DNA from: Octopus vulgaris
Lineage: Eukaryota
Assembly (NCBI GenBank): GCA_951406725.2
Contig: OX597835.1
Coordinates: 25,048,001-25,112,000 of the forward strand
DNA length: 64,000 nt
Reading direction: 5' to 3'
Shown here: one piece after another, positions 40,597-53,092 of the stretch
Numbering within the stretch: position 1 is the first letter of the stretch
How the letters are laid out: each line of letters begins with the position of its first letter
The notes under the pieces: model-generated
What the model was told of the DNA's origin: nothing
What the model saw: the letters and a program-made list of their open reading frames with translations, nothing else
The model's database searches: none
Made by a program: the position numbers and the translations under genes

Positions 40597-42373
40597 CGCG
40601 TAGAGTTTATCTTTATACGTGTATATATTGATGTGTATACATATATATATGTAGGGTTCGTGTGTATATTCCTGTCCCCCCCCTTACGTACAGTAAAATA
40701 AAAAAAATATTGAGCAAATAAATAAATAAATGAAACCAAATAAACTAACATTAAGTCATGTAATAATAATTTCCTCTCAAGTTACTGGTGAGAAGAGGGA
40801 GAGAAAGAGAGACTATAATAGAGAGGAGGGGTGAGAGAATATTAGGTAGGTAGAGAGCGTGGGAGAGGTGGTGATAGACAAGAGGAGGAGAGATGGTGGC
40901 AGCTCGGGATGGGTAGAAATGTGGTAGAGAGAGATGGTAGGAGGTGGAGATTGCGTAGACAGGAGGGAGTTAGTGGTAGGTAGAAGGGAGAGAGGCGATG
41001 GGTATATAGAGAGGAGGAAGGGACGGTGTTGGTAGATAGAGAGGAGAGAGTTGATGCATAGAGAGGGAGTGAGAGAAATGGTGACAGATAGAAAAGGAGA
41101 TGGTGGTGGTGGTGGTGGAAGATAGGGTAGATTAACAGGCAGGTAGATAGATGGGGATGGCGAAAGATGATGTATAACGTTAGGTTTGATGAGTTAGATA
41201 AAAGGAAGGATTACGCGCACGTGTGTATATGTATGTATATATACGTGTGTGTATATATGTATATATATATATATGTGTGTGTGTATGTGTATATATATAT
41301 ATATATACACACACGCACGCACACATACACACAGGTATACACATATATTCATACATACATTACCCATACATGTGTGCGTACACACGTACACCCATGACTG
41401 AAAAAACCGTGGGTTTCTTTGATAGTTTCTGCAAGTTTGCGTACGTTTTCTTATACCCTTCCTTATCCTCCTCCCACCTCGCTCTATCTCTCTCTCTCTC
41501 TCGCGCGCGCGGTCTCTTTCCACCCTCTCTACCCGTATCTGACTGAACCAGACGATATGTGAAACAAGTGGTTTTCATTAACTGCCGCCAGCCTCTCTTA
41601 GGTGTACAGCTCACATTACATCCACCGCTCTTAGTTTACGTATTACCATCATCACACACACAAACTAATACATATGTACACACGGTCATAAATCTACACG
41701 TTTACATAGACACTTGCTTACATACATACACACACACGCTTCACATTCACACACACGTGAGTCTGATCTCTCTATATTTGAAGTCTGTAGTTCTGAGTCC
41801 AGATCCTGTCAAGATCGACCTAGCCTTTCAAAATTTCCAAGATTGTTATACTTGGCATGTTACCTTAGACTTCCTCTATCAGGACAAGTCATCATTGTCA
41901 TTAATCAACCCACAGCTCTGGTAGTAGCGGTATTTGTTCCCTCCTAGGTTAACTTCGATCGAGCAAACTTACGATAAGAAGCATTCCAGCCATGGCCTTC
42001 CCTCCATCTCCATATTTTTGTTTTTCTCTCTCTTACGAACTTTGGACCGCTTTAGACAATGAATATGTGCTTCTCCTCAAGACGACCTAGTGTTTAAATT
42101 CATGCCCGTTGCAAAGAGGATACACTTGACGACTTTTCCCCCTCGCTATTCATTGGTGCACCCTCAGATTTACAGTGATACCCTGATTTCAAAACTCCAC
42201 TTTAGCATTATTACAAGTTAAAGTCCACCCAGAATATTGTGAAACACCCCAAGGCAGGAAAGTCTGGTGGACGGGCCTGATTTGATTCGGAGTAGATTTT
42301 GGCTGCTATTTCTTGTGGGTTGCATAACTGTTGATGTTCCCTTGATGACTTTGAGATGGTTGGTAGGCTTGGT

Positions 42374-42700
42374 GGATCTTTTCGGTTTGAACGGCAGTTT
42401 TTTCTAGCGGTGTCATATGAAATTGTCACCCATAATTATGACCCTAGTATCGATCTATTGCATTTCAATGTTTTAGGGTTAGGGTTAGAGGTGGGGGGAA
42501 GGGTATCTTTTTTTTTCTTCACAGATGTAAATAAACCCTATCTGTTTCTTAAACGAGGGACATATTCATACGGCACAGAATGTTTTCACCTCAATAGACG
42601 TCATTGATTGGTTGAAATTGCAAAAATTGAAGAAAAAAACAACAAATATCTTACAAACTATAGAATTTTCTCAATAAAGCCAAGAGAAAAAGATGTTTTT
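42374..42700. mobile_element. Truncated copy of the 31753-32159 MITE, opposite orientation
   Basis: Starts ggatcttttcggtttgaacggcag and is the reverse complement of about 31840-32159. Confidence 0.88.
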
Positions 42701-42739
42701 TGCTGAACCGTTAAGTTATGGAGACACAAGCACACGAAC

Positions 42740-42869
42740 CACTAGCGTAGCTAGAGTTGGGGGAAGAGGGAGGAGGTCCGCCCCAGGCGGTACCCTTTTG
42801 AGTCTGTTGTAAGCAATACGTATTTTTTGTGGGGGCCCGAGGGTGGCACATACTCTTGCTATGCTGGTG
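42740..42869. mobile_element. Small TIR element (hAT/Tip100-like) nested in a SINE
   Basis: cactagcgtagctagag ... ctcttgctatgctggtg imperfect 17-bp TIRs interrupting a minus-strand family A SINE. Confidence 0.6.
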
Positions 42870-43357
42870 ATGTGAGCACTGGTTATCATGTTGTAGGGGA
42901 GGGGGACAAACAGACACACATAATATACGACAGGCTTCTTTCAGTTTCTGTTTACCAAATCCACTCACAAGGCTTTGGTCAGCCTGAGGGTGTTGTCCTG
43001 CAATGAGACTGAACCCATAACCATGAGTTATTTATAATTCTAACCCAGAAACGCGTCCACAACTAACCGAAGACTTTGTTTTCGTTATTTTTCATTCTTT
43101 TTGCATATGTGAGTTACAAGTAAATGTTATATGTGGAGCTATATTTGTAGTAAATAGGAATAAGCGGTCTTTGACTGCTATTTCTAAATTTTCGGTATGT
43201 GGCTAAGCAACTTGTTGCTTAACCCTATTTATTTATGTATATGTATATAAGGAACTTTTTGTAAAAGTTCCTACCGATAATGATTCTATTTCCATACCAA
43301 AACTACTTGGTAATAATTATTAATTTTTAAAATAAATAATTATTTACCCTTATATTA

Positions 43358-43407
<50 letters not shown>

Positions 43408-43984
43408 ATTTGTGCATGCATGTGTCTACACAATTCTCAAATGTCTATATTTCTTCCATATGCTCACCTCATGTTTTGAAGAATTATATCTGTTCAGCCA
43501 GCAAAGATCATTGGGGGTCACTACCAAAATCTCAAAGCCCCTCCCAAGCCACCAACACATGGGCTACAAGATGATCTTGTGTAGCTGTGAATGAACGAAA
43601 AAAGTCAAGCTCCACCTAGATATGAACAGCTGGAAGATTTTTAACACCTTGATCAGGGTCAGCTATCAAGGCCAACTGAAGCTGGGGATGTGTGTCTGGG
43701 GGTGTGTGTGTGTGCATGTGTAGGAGGGGGTTAGGGTTTTATTTATTGTTTTTTGTATCAAAACCACTAATTCATGCTACTTGTTTACTCATTTCATCTT
43801 CATCATCATCACCACCACCATCATCATCATTGTGATTATCATCTCCGCCATCCCCACACCCACCCCAAACTCCTGTTTAGCTGACTATATAAACCATGTG
43901 GACTCTCTATTTTGAGATCTCTTGAAATATATTATACAAGATATATATTGTACATGTTTGAAGCATGGAACATTATATATATAT

Positions 43985-44369
43985 TCTTTTTATTTTATTT
44001 GTTTCTATCATTTGACTGTGGCCATGTTGGAGCACCGCCTTTAGTCGAACAAATTGACTCCAGAACTTATTCCTTGTAAGCCTAGTACTCTTGCCAAACT
44101 GCTAAGTCATGGAGACATAGACACACCAACATCGGTTGTCAAGTGATGGTGGAGAGACAAGCACAGGCACACAAGCTTATATATATATGTGTGTATATAT
44201 AAATACACACACACACACATGCATATGGGCTTCTTTCAGTTTCTGTCTACCAAATCACTCACAAGGCTATAGTAGAAGACACATGCCCAAGGTGCCACAC
44301 AGCGGGACTGAACCTGGAACCATGTGTTTGGGAAGAAAGCTTCTTACCACACAGCCACGCCTGTGCCTA
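43985..44369 (-). mobile_element. SINE family A
   Basis: Tail-to-head match to the family consensus. Confidence 0.85.
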
Positions 44370-44453
44370 TGTGTATAATCGGGGGAATCTTGATGAATGA
44401 GACAAAAGCGCTAATAAAGAGTGTTCCAAGTACATCGCTTCAAAAATCTATAC

Positions 44454-44516
<63 letters not shown>

Positions 44517-44880
44517 AAGTAAGTTAGGGGTTATGAATGTAACCCACTGAGGGATATTATTTATCCAATATACTGTTGGTAAAGTACCCAGATTCTTAAT
44601 ACATAAATGTTTTTAATTGCAATGCAATTAACTCATTTATTGTATTAAACAGGTGAAGGTAAAGAAATATTTTTACCTTAAATTTATAATAAAAATAAGA
44701 AAATGGAGAAACAAATTTAGTTTGTTCATCAGCTTTCGGGTATTAGAATGTTGGATTATTTATTCATTTAACAAAATGAGAACCTTAATAGCATACCTTT
44801 ATATCTTATAATTCAATACATATAAGATAAGAATACAAATTATAAAAATCATAATATATATTATTGAAATCATTAAAATC

Positions 44881-45004
44881 ACTTCTTACAGCTGTTTCAG
44901 CCTATGGTTAAAAGTTTTTATTTTTATTTTAATTTTTATTTCCTATAGTTGTCAACATTTAAAAATAGGTTACTTATATATATAACCATAGGCTTCATCA
45001 GAGG
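44881..45004 (-). ncRNA. Minimal hammerhead-ribozyme-like motif (Penelope-like-element type)
   Basis: Minus strand reads CUGAUGA, a perfect 12-bp stem II (AGCCUAUGGUUA/UAACCAUAGGCU, 72-nt loop), then GAAAC-AGCU-GUA with a palindromic loop III. Stem I is only about 2 bp. Confidence 0.6.
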
Positions 45005-45458
45005 TTATAAGGAACTTTAAAATATTAATATTAATACATTAAACACAGAGAGAGGGAGAGGGGGGAGCTGTCTGATTAGATTGGAGCCTGGTGCATCCCC
45101 CTGGCTTGCCAGTCCTCACTCAAACCATCCAACCCATGACAGCATGGAAAGCAGACGTTAAACGATGATAATGATATAATATATATATATATATATGTTA
45201 TATACACACACCTATATTCTATTACACATAGCAGTCAATATGGCAGAGCTTTAATGTACACAGATACAAGACACACCCCAATTTTATGAGGATGTTTATT
45301 TTTTTTAATACTTTTTTTAAAAAATCAAATTGGATTTATTTTTAATATCTTTTACAAGTATATAACCAGGATATGTATATATGTCAGTCAGCCAGCTTCT
45401 CTTTCTCCCCCTCTCTCTCTTTCTGGCTCTGTATCTCTGTAGCAGATATTGGCTTTTA

Positions 45459-45680
45459 CCCTTTTGTTACTGGATTTATTTTGAGATGTTCTGTGTTTCT
45501 TTCAATTATTTTAAATATAACAAAGAATTTAGTAAAATAAACTTATTTATCTTTGAGCTAGTGTTAGGAATATATATTGTGACTAAGGCTTGGGGGAATA
45601 TTTTAATTTTAAACTTAAGAAAATAAGACATTTGTACTACAGAGCCAGAGGCGGTTTTGGCCAGGTTGGTAACAAAACGG
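45459..45680. mobile_element. Second, more diverged copy of the piggyBac-type MITE
   Basis: Colinear with 15340-15560 (caattattttaaatataacaaagaatttagtaaaataa; agacatttgtacta..gagccagag). Ends ccctttt gttac / gtaacaaaacgg ttaa. Confidence 0.85.
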
Positions 45681-45794
45681 TTAAAACAATTTTTTTGTTG
45701 GTTTCTTGAAAGGATTGACTTTTATTTTTCGCCCTTTGAATGCAGGATTCTTGGTGGTGTCCTTTTGTTACCATATTTCTGTCCACATACACTG

Positions 45795-46184
45795 CTCTTT
45801 TACTTGTTTCAGTCATTTGACTGCGGCCATGCTGGAGCACCGCCTTTAGTTGAGCAAATCGACCCCGGAACTTATTCTATCGGTCTCTTTTGCCGAACCG
45901 CTAAGTGACGGGGACATAAACACACCAGCATCGGTTGTCAAGCAATGCTAGGGGGACAACCACAGACACACAAACACACATGCACACACACACACACATA
46001 TATATATACATATATACGAATGAAGGGCTTCTTTCAGTTTCCGTCTACCAAATCCACTTACAAGGCTTTGGTCGGCCCGAGGCTATAGTAGAAGACACTT
46101 GCCCAAGGTGCCAACCAGTGAGACCGAACCCGGAACCATGTGGTTGGTAAACAAGCTACTTCCACACAGCCACTCCTGCGCCTA
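45795..46184 (-). mobile_element. SINE family A, well preserved, about 220 bp upstream of the Ig1 exon
   Basis: Near-consensus tail-to-head match. Confidence 0.9.
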
Positions 46185-46405
46185 TATTGTATATATTTAT
46201 TTTATTATAAATGCAAAACAACACCACAGAGGAATTGACGTAAGCTTAAATAATGAACCACAATATGGCGAGGGATTACTGTAATTTTAAACTATTTTAG
46301 CCTTATAGGATGAACAAATCAGACACACACACCGTCCAGCTCTGGCATTTGTTATGCGTTGTAACTTCATCTGAACATCGTCCTTCTCTGTTTGTGTGTT
46401 TTCAG

Positions 46406-46550
46406 CTCCAGAGTTTCAGCGGAGACCAAACCGAGTCGAGGTGGAATATGTCGGGCAGCGAATTCGTCTTCAGTGCCGAGTTAAGGGCAAACCAAGGCCA
46501 ATGCTGTCGTGGTACCGTAATGGAAAAAGAGTTAATGTTAGTCAACCCAG
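46406..46550 (+). CDS. FGFR: FGF receptor exon, first half of Ig domain 1 (APEFQRRPNRVEVEYVGQRIRLQCRVKGKPRPMLSWYRNGKRVNVSQPR)
   Basis: Pyrimidine-rich acceptor ttttcag| and donor |gtatgg. I-set Ig signature L-x-C...G-x-P-x-P-x-L-x-W-Y-R-N-G. Phase 1 to phase 2, in frame with the next exon. Confidence 0.9.
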
Positions 46551-46567
46551 GTATGGTTTAGTTTTGT

Positions 46568-46620
<53 letters not shown>

Positions 46621-47829
46621 AGGTTTTGGTGTTTGTATTTATTTGATATTGTTTTCATTCTTTGTTGAGTGTGTGTGTGTGTGTATAAGCATGCTTATAT
46701 CCATTAAACAATGATGATATATATGTGCATGTGTTTAGACACACTGCTAGTTATATTTCTATGTGTAATGTATCCAAATATACTATGAACATGTGCGTGT
46801 GTATGTATATGTGTATATATTTATGTGTGTGTTAAAGAAGAATTTTCAGCTCCAGATCATAAGATCCATCCATATCAAGCAGTTCTATAACAAAAGGCCT
46901 TTAAGGTTCAATTAAATAAAAGCCCCCGTAATACATTGGGAGCTCAAATATAATCAACTGTATTTTTCACAACTAAATATGCAGCCTTATCATCATCATC
47001 AACATCCTACAAGCAGGATGTTCCAAACAAAAAGACCTTACCAAAGGGTTGGCACTTTACAGTATGATGTAATATCTCAAAACCCTTTCAACCCATGCCA
47101 GCATAGGCAAGAGGGATATGAACATAAAGATGATAAAGGTAGTGGTGGTAGAAGCGGTAGTGATGGCGACAAAAAGAATGCTATTTTTGCCATTTTTGTG
47201 ATGTTGCGTATCCTATTTGCCGGCATATAAAAACTCGATTCCCTGAAATATGTATCAGGGACTTATCCAAATGTCATGTACGCGCGCACGCGTATCACCA
47301 CTCACTTCAAAACCCATTGGAAGTCACTCTTACTAAATATAAACTGAGGCAAGTTTAAACTGTGCCAGCTCCAGTCCCCCCCTCCCATACCTTCACACCT
47401 CTGCAAAATATTCTTGAGTATTAAAGGTGTCATTTGTAGGGGATGTGTGTTGCACACCTCAAATAAGGTATGTATGCGTTTGTGCATGTATGTATATATT
47501 TATATATATGTGTGTGTGTGTGTGTGTGTATATTTCTGTATATGTATGTTTGTGTGTATGTGTGTGTGTGTATGTATGTATATATATATATATGCACACA
47601 CATTTATGTATGTGTACATAGTATATGTGTATATATTTCTGTATGGTGTGTGTATACACATATATATATATATATATATATATTAAAGTTGGCATATCCG
47701 CGAGGTTGGGAGGGGCAAAAACAAAACAAATAATTTTCTTTCTTTGTTTTTTATCTTGCATTTCTTTCATCTCTTCTTTCTTTTTTTCTGGTGTTGATGA
47801 TGATGATGATGATGTTGATGATCTTCCAG

Positions 47830-47954
47830 GTTGAGTATCTTGCGGTATGCTCTAGTCATTGAGGACAGTACCAAGGCTGACAGTGGCAACTATGCCTGCT
47901 ACGCCCACAACCAACACGGCAAAATATGGGGCAATTTCACCTTGCTCGTCAGAG
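47830..47954 (+). CDS. FGFR: FGF receptor exon, second half of Ig domain 1 (LSILRYALVIEDSTKADSGNYACYAHNQHGKIWGNFTLLVR)
   Basis: Acceptor ttccag|G completes the AG-G Arg codon. D-x-G-x-Y-x-C motif. Donor |gtaagt, phase 1. Confidence 0.92.
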
Positions 47955-48136
47955 GTAAGTTAGCTGACCTACTCCACCCCACCCCTCCATCCAACACCAC
48001 ACCACCGTGGGGGTGGAGGGTGCGGGAGGGGTGAGGAAAATGTTTGTTTTCTGTGTCTGTTTCTACCATTACATCTATACACTAAGATGTTCTCTAAACA
48101 CTTGCTTCCTCTTTCTCACCATCTCTCTCTCCCACT

Positions 48137-48182
<46 letters not shown>

Positions 48183-48370
48183 TTCTTTCTCTTTCTCATT
48201 TATATTGCTCAGTTCCCCCTCATTACCTCTCATATTTTAGTTATTGTTGATGTTGTAGTTGTGGCAGTTATTGTTATAGCGTATGATGTAGTAGACACAT
48301 CTGTGGTGTGTGTTTGCAGCTGTCAAACTGTGTGTGTGTGTGTGTGTGTATTATTATTATCATTATCATT

Positions 48371-48429
<59 letters not shown>

Positions 48430-48439
48430 CATTATCATG

Positions 48440-48792
48440 GTGGACACAATGCTCATCAGCATTTTATCTATCTTTACGTTCTGAGTTAAAATTCTGCCAA
48501 GGTCAGTTTTGCCTTTCATCCTTTTGGGGGTCAGTAAATTAAGTACCAGTGAAACACTAGAGTCGATGTAATTGGCTAGTGCCCCCACACACACACACAC
48601 ACAAAAGGTTTTTTGAGGCCTTTTCACCTGTCGTTACGTTCTAGGTTCGATTTCTGAAGTCGACTTTCTTTTTCATCCTTTTGGGTCTTGATTGGGACTC
48701 AATAAATTAAGCACCAGTGAAACGCTAGGGTTGATATAATCAGCTGGTCCCCTCCCATGAAATTCCAGGCCTTGTGTCTTTAGTAGAAAGGA
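48440..48792 (+). mobile_element. SINE family B, two degenerate tandem copies
   Basis: gcctttcatccttttgggg...aattaagtaccagtgaaac repeated. Confidence 0.7.
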
Positions 48793-49428
48793 TTACTATT
48801 ATTATTTATATTGTTAATAATAATAATAAAGAGTATGGAGACCTATTCATCCACAATTTTTTTTTTATAATTTTATACAGCATATTATAATGGCCTACGT
48901 GTGTTTCCACTGCACTGACTACTCGCAGTTGCAGATGCAACCTTACATTATTGTCGGTGTAAATTCATCAGGGTCCATCCATTTGGTCATCCTCAAAGTG
49001 AACTGAGGTAAATTTTAGTTAGTCAGGAGGTGGGTGTGAGGGGAAGGGTGTTATTTATAGGCATGTGCTGTTGACCTCAAATTCACACCACTCGCATGGC
49101 CTAGTGGTTTGAGGTGTTGTACTATATGATGATAAAGGAATGGTATAAAAATGAGGATTCAGAGAATTATGTAGCTATCACAGTAAGCTCCTCTTATGGA
49201 TTTGGCTATCAGTCTACTGTAGTGATTATGAAACAGCCATAATCATATGGATGCCTCTTATATGTATATAATATAATTTTTATGAATCTTCAGATTTTTC
49301 TATATGCTACACCACTGGTTTTAAATTGATATTAATCAAATTAATATTCAATTTTTCACCCTTGTTATTTTAAATTTTATATATATATTTTATATGTATA
49401 TATAAATTTTATTTGATTTATATTTCAG

Positions 49429-49485
49429 AAAAAGAAAATGCAACATCAGATGCAATATCAGATGCAGAATATGTAAAGCAAAGAG
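49429..49485 (+). CDS. FGFR: FGF receptor 57-nt Ig1-Ig2 linker exon (EKENATSDAISDAEYVKQR)
   Basis: Acceptor tatttcag| and donor AG|gtaagc. Phase 1-1, stop-free, and joins the flanking exons in frame at the position of the vertebrate acid-box linker. Not in the ORF track. Confidence 0.75.
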
Positions 49486-49522
49486 GTAAGCTTGGTTTTT
49501 CATTCTTCTTCTTCTTGTTGTC

Positions 49523-49832
49523 AAGGTAGCAAGCCATCAGAATCGTTAGCACGCCAGGCAAAATGCTTAGCAGTATTTCACCTGTGGCTACAGCTACATT
49601 CTGAGTTCAAATTCTGCCGAGGTCGACTTTACTTTTCACCCTTTGTGCATATAGTAAAAAGGGTTGTTGTTGTTCATATCATCCCTTGCTATGTTCTGAG
49701 TTCAAATTCTGCCAAGGTCGATTTTGCCTTTCATCCTTTTGGGGTCAATATATTTAGTACCGGTGAAATACTGGGGTTGATGTAATCAATTCCCTCAAAT
49801 TTTCAGTCCTTGTACCTTTAGCAGAAAGGATT
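49523..49832 (+). mobile_element. SINE family B, partially duplicated, 40 bp downstream of the linker exon
   Basis: ttctgagttcaaattctgcc(g/a)aggtcga occurs twice. Confidence 0.75.
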
Positions 49833-50251
49833 ATTTTATTACTATTATTATTATGAAGAGGAAAAATGTAGGGATACTAATTTTTACGTGTATGTGTTCA
49901 TGATTGTGTCTTGGTCTTATAAAAAATGGTGTCTAAAAGATGGTTTTGTTGATCTGCTGCTAAGACATGTTTGCCTGGTGGAGTTATTGCGATGGACTCT
50001 GGTAAATATTACTTAATTTTCTAAACAAATGGGGAATGGCAATGGAAAGAGCTTCTGGTTGTAGGAAAATTGCTTCAATAAGTTTCATCAGACACACACT
50101 AGCACAGGGAGGTGGACATGAAAGTGAAGTGATTTATACATGCACACACACACACACATATCAGACTGGATTCTGGTGCAGCCTTCCAGCATGCCAACCC
50201 AAACTGTCCAACCCTTGTCTGCATGGACAACAGACATTAAATGATGATGAT

Positions 50252-50282
<31 letters not shown>

Positions 50283-50297
50283 TATATACATATATAC

Positions 50298-50341
<44 letters not shown>

Positions 50342-50841
50342 AAATTAATAAATAAAACATATCCATATATATATACATATATGTACATACCTACATCTAC
50401 CTGTATATATACATGCATATATGAGTACAGGACACAAAAAAAACGTCCAACACAATGAGAAACGAAAACATAAACACAAAACCAAGGAACTGGACATTTT
50501 TCTTAAACAACGAAAAAATAGAGTACAGGACAAATAACACAAGGAAAATTCCCCTTCTTCAGTTGCCATGGTTTCATCTACTCCGCGTTTCGAAGGTGAT
50601 ATATACAGATAGATGGACAGACAGATGCACACAGAAAAACACACACACACACATATATATGACTTTGATAAGTTTCGGCCAGTATAGGCTAAGGCCATGT
50701 CTAACTTAATAACACCACCTGGTGAAGTCTTTCAGTCATATATGGGGCACCATATATATATTATATATTTACATCTATATAATATATATATAGATATATA
50801 TATATATATATATATATCATGTATATTATATATATATCATG

Positions 50842-50877
<36 letters not shown>

Positions 50878-51632
50878 TGTATATTATATATATATATAGA
50901 TAGATATAGATATATTTATATATATATATATATCATGTATATTATATATATATATATATACATACATACATACATACATACATACATACATACATGCATG
51001 CATACATCATACATACATACATACATACATATATATATATAATATATATATATGTTTGCCTGTATTTATTGGTATTTGCGTATACACACACACACACTAT
51101 CTCTCCCCCATCCCTCTAGGCTGGCAATATTCCTTGATTCAGCATCTTGCTAATGGTCTGAAACCAAGGGAGGGAGATAGTGTCTACGTGTGTGTGTGTG
51201 TGTGTGTACATATGTATGTGTATGGTTTGGTAGTGAGATAATTGTAGCTTCAGCTGTTAAAGAATTCCTTCCTGTTTTTCTTTTTGTTCTGTTTTTTTTT
51301 TTCTTTCTCTTTCTTCTCCTCTGCTCCCCCCCTCCACCACCACCACCTTGCTATTTTATAGCTTATTGCTTATGTCAATAGAATTAAAGATATACTTTTA
51401 CCTCCATCTGTTGTTGTTGTAGTTCAGAGACATACATATACACTCATGCCTATACATACATGTATTTACGTGTGCACAATTCACATGCGCACTATACATA
51501 TACATAGATCACGTGTATACACATACATATATGTATGTATGTATGTATGTGTATATAAATATGTATGTATATATATATGTGTATATTTGTGTATATGTAT
51601 TATGCATATATGTAAATGTGTGTGTATATATG

Positions 51633-51663
<31 letters not shown>

Positions 51664-52487
51664 ATATGTATGTATATATATATATATATGTATATGTGTG
51701 TGTGTGTATGTATACGTGTATATTGATATATATGTATATATATATTTATATATATATGTATATATATGTGTGTGTGTGTATGCATATATATATGTGTGTG
51801 TGTGTGTATGCATATATATGTGTGTGTGTGTATATACACACTCACACCATGAACACTTGTACCAAACTTTCTCTCTTTCTTAGCCTCTTCTTAAAGAGCA
51901 TTGAGTGAGGATTTTGCTCTGACTCTATACATGTTTTTATCTTTACATCTCTTACACACACACACACAGATGTTTTGCAATCTAACTTCTTTCTCAGTCT
52001 CTCCTAAAATTAATGTTTTTCTGCAGTTTTAGTGGTCGTTAAGTTAAGGAAATCCCATGAAAATGATGGTGGGGACAGTGGCACCTGGAATAAAATTGTG
52101 AAAGGGGAATGTGTTTTTTTGGGTGTGGGGCATGCTGGTCTTTGTCCTTCTACATCCATTTTACCATGCTTGTATGGGTCGAACAGATCTTCTTCAGCAC
52201 ATCATCTTGCCATATGTCATTTTTTTGTTATCTCCTTTATTAGGTTCAGCTTCCTGAGATCCCCTTTACCCAATACAAACAAATGAAAACACAAACACAC
52301 ACACACATTCACAGAGAAACACACTACATCTATTCCGTCACACACACTTACATATGGCCCTGTATCTTTCATTCTCTTCACACCTCCCTCCCTCTCTCTT
52401 TCTCTCTCTCTCTTTGTCTCTCAGAGGCCCCGACTATCTAGAAAGGGTACAGTTGTAAATAGGGAACTGTCCCATCCATAGTTTAGC

Positions 52488-52695
52488 TAGAGGAATGTGG
52501 CTTGGTGGTTAGAGTGTTGAACTCAGGATCCTAAGATTGTGGCTTTGATTCCTAGACCAGGCGACACAGTGTACTCTTAAGCTAAACACTTCATTTGCCA
52601 TTGCGACAGACCTGTGTCTTGTCCAGGCAGGGAATATATACGCCATGGAAACCAGGGAACCAGCCCCTATAAGTCTGCATTAGTCGAGAAAGTAA
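52488..52695 (+). mobile_element. Degenerate SINE related to family E
   Basis: tggcttggtggttagagtg head and tatacgccatggaaaccagggaaccagcccctataag 3' part. Confidence 0.6.
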
Positions 52696-52711
52696 CTTTA
52701 CCTCTTTTATA

Positions 52712-53092
52712 TAGGCGCAGACATGGCTGTGTGGTAAGTAGCTTGCTTACCAACCACATGGTTCCAGGTTCAGTCCCACTGTGTGGCACCTGCAACAAGT
52801 GTCTTTTACTATAAGCCTTGAGCCAACCAAAGCCTTGTGAGTAGATGTGGTAGACGGAAACTGAAAGAAGCTCCTTGTATATATATATGTGTGTGTGTGT
52901 GTGTCTGTGTCTGTTCCCCCCACTATCGCTTGACAATCGATGCTGGTGTGTTTACGTCCCCCGTAACTAAGCGGTTCGGCACAAGAGACTGATAGAATAA
53001 GTACTAGGCTTACAAAGTCCTGGGGTTGACTTGTTCAACTTAAGGCGGTACTCCATCATGGCCGTAGTCAAATGACTGAAACAAATAAAACA
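52712..53092 (+). mobile_element. SINE family A, full length
   Basis: ggcgcagacatggctgtgtggtaagtagc to gtcaaatgactgaaacaaataaaa. Confidence 0.9.

Noticed and set aside
50545-50600. Hammerhead-like pieces (GAAACGCG and CUGAAGA) on the minus strand
   Set aside because: They are in permuted order, with no NUH triplet after stem III and no GAAA after the hairpin that follows CUGAAGA.
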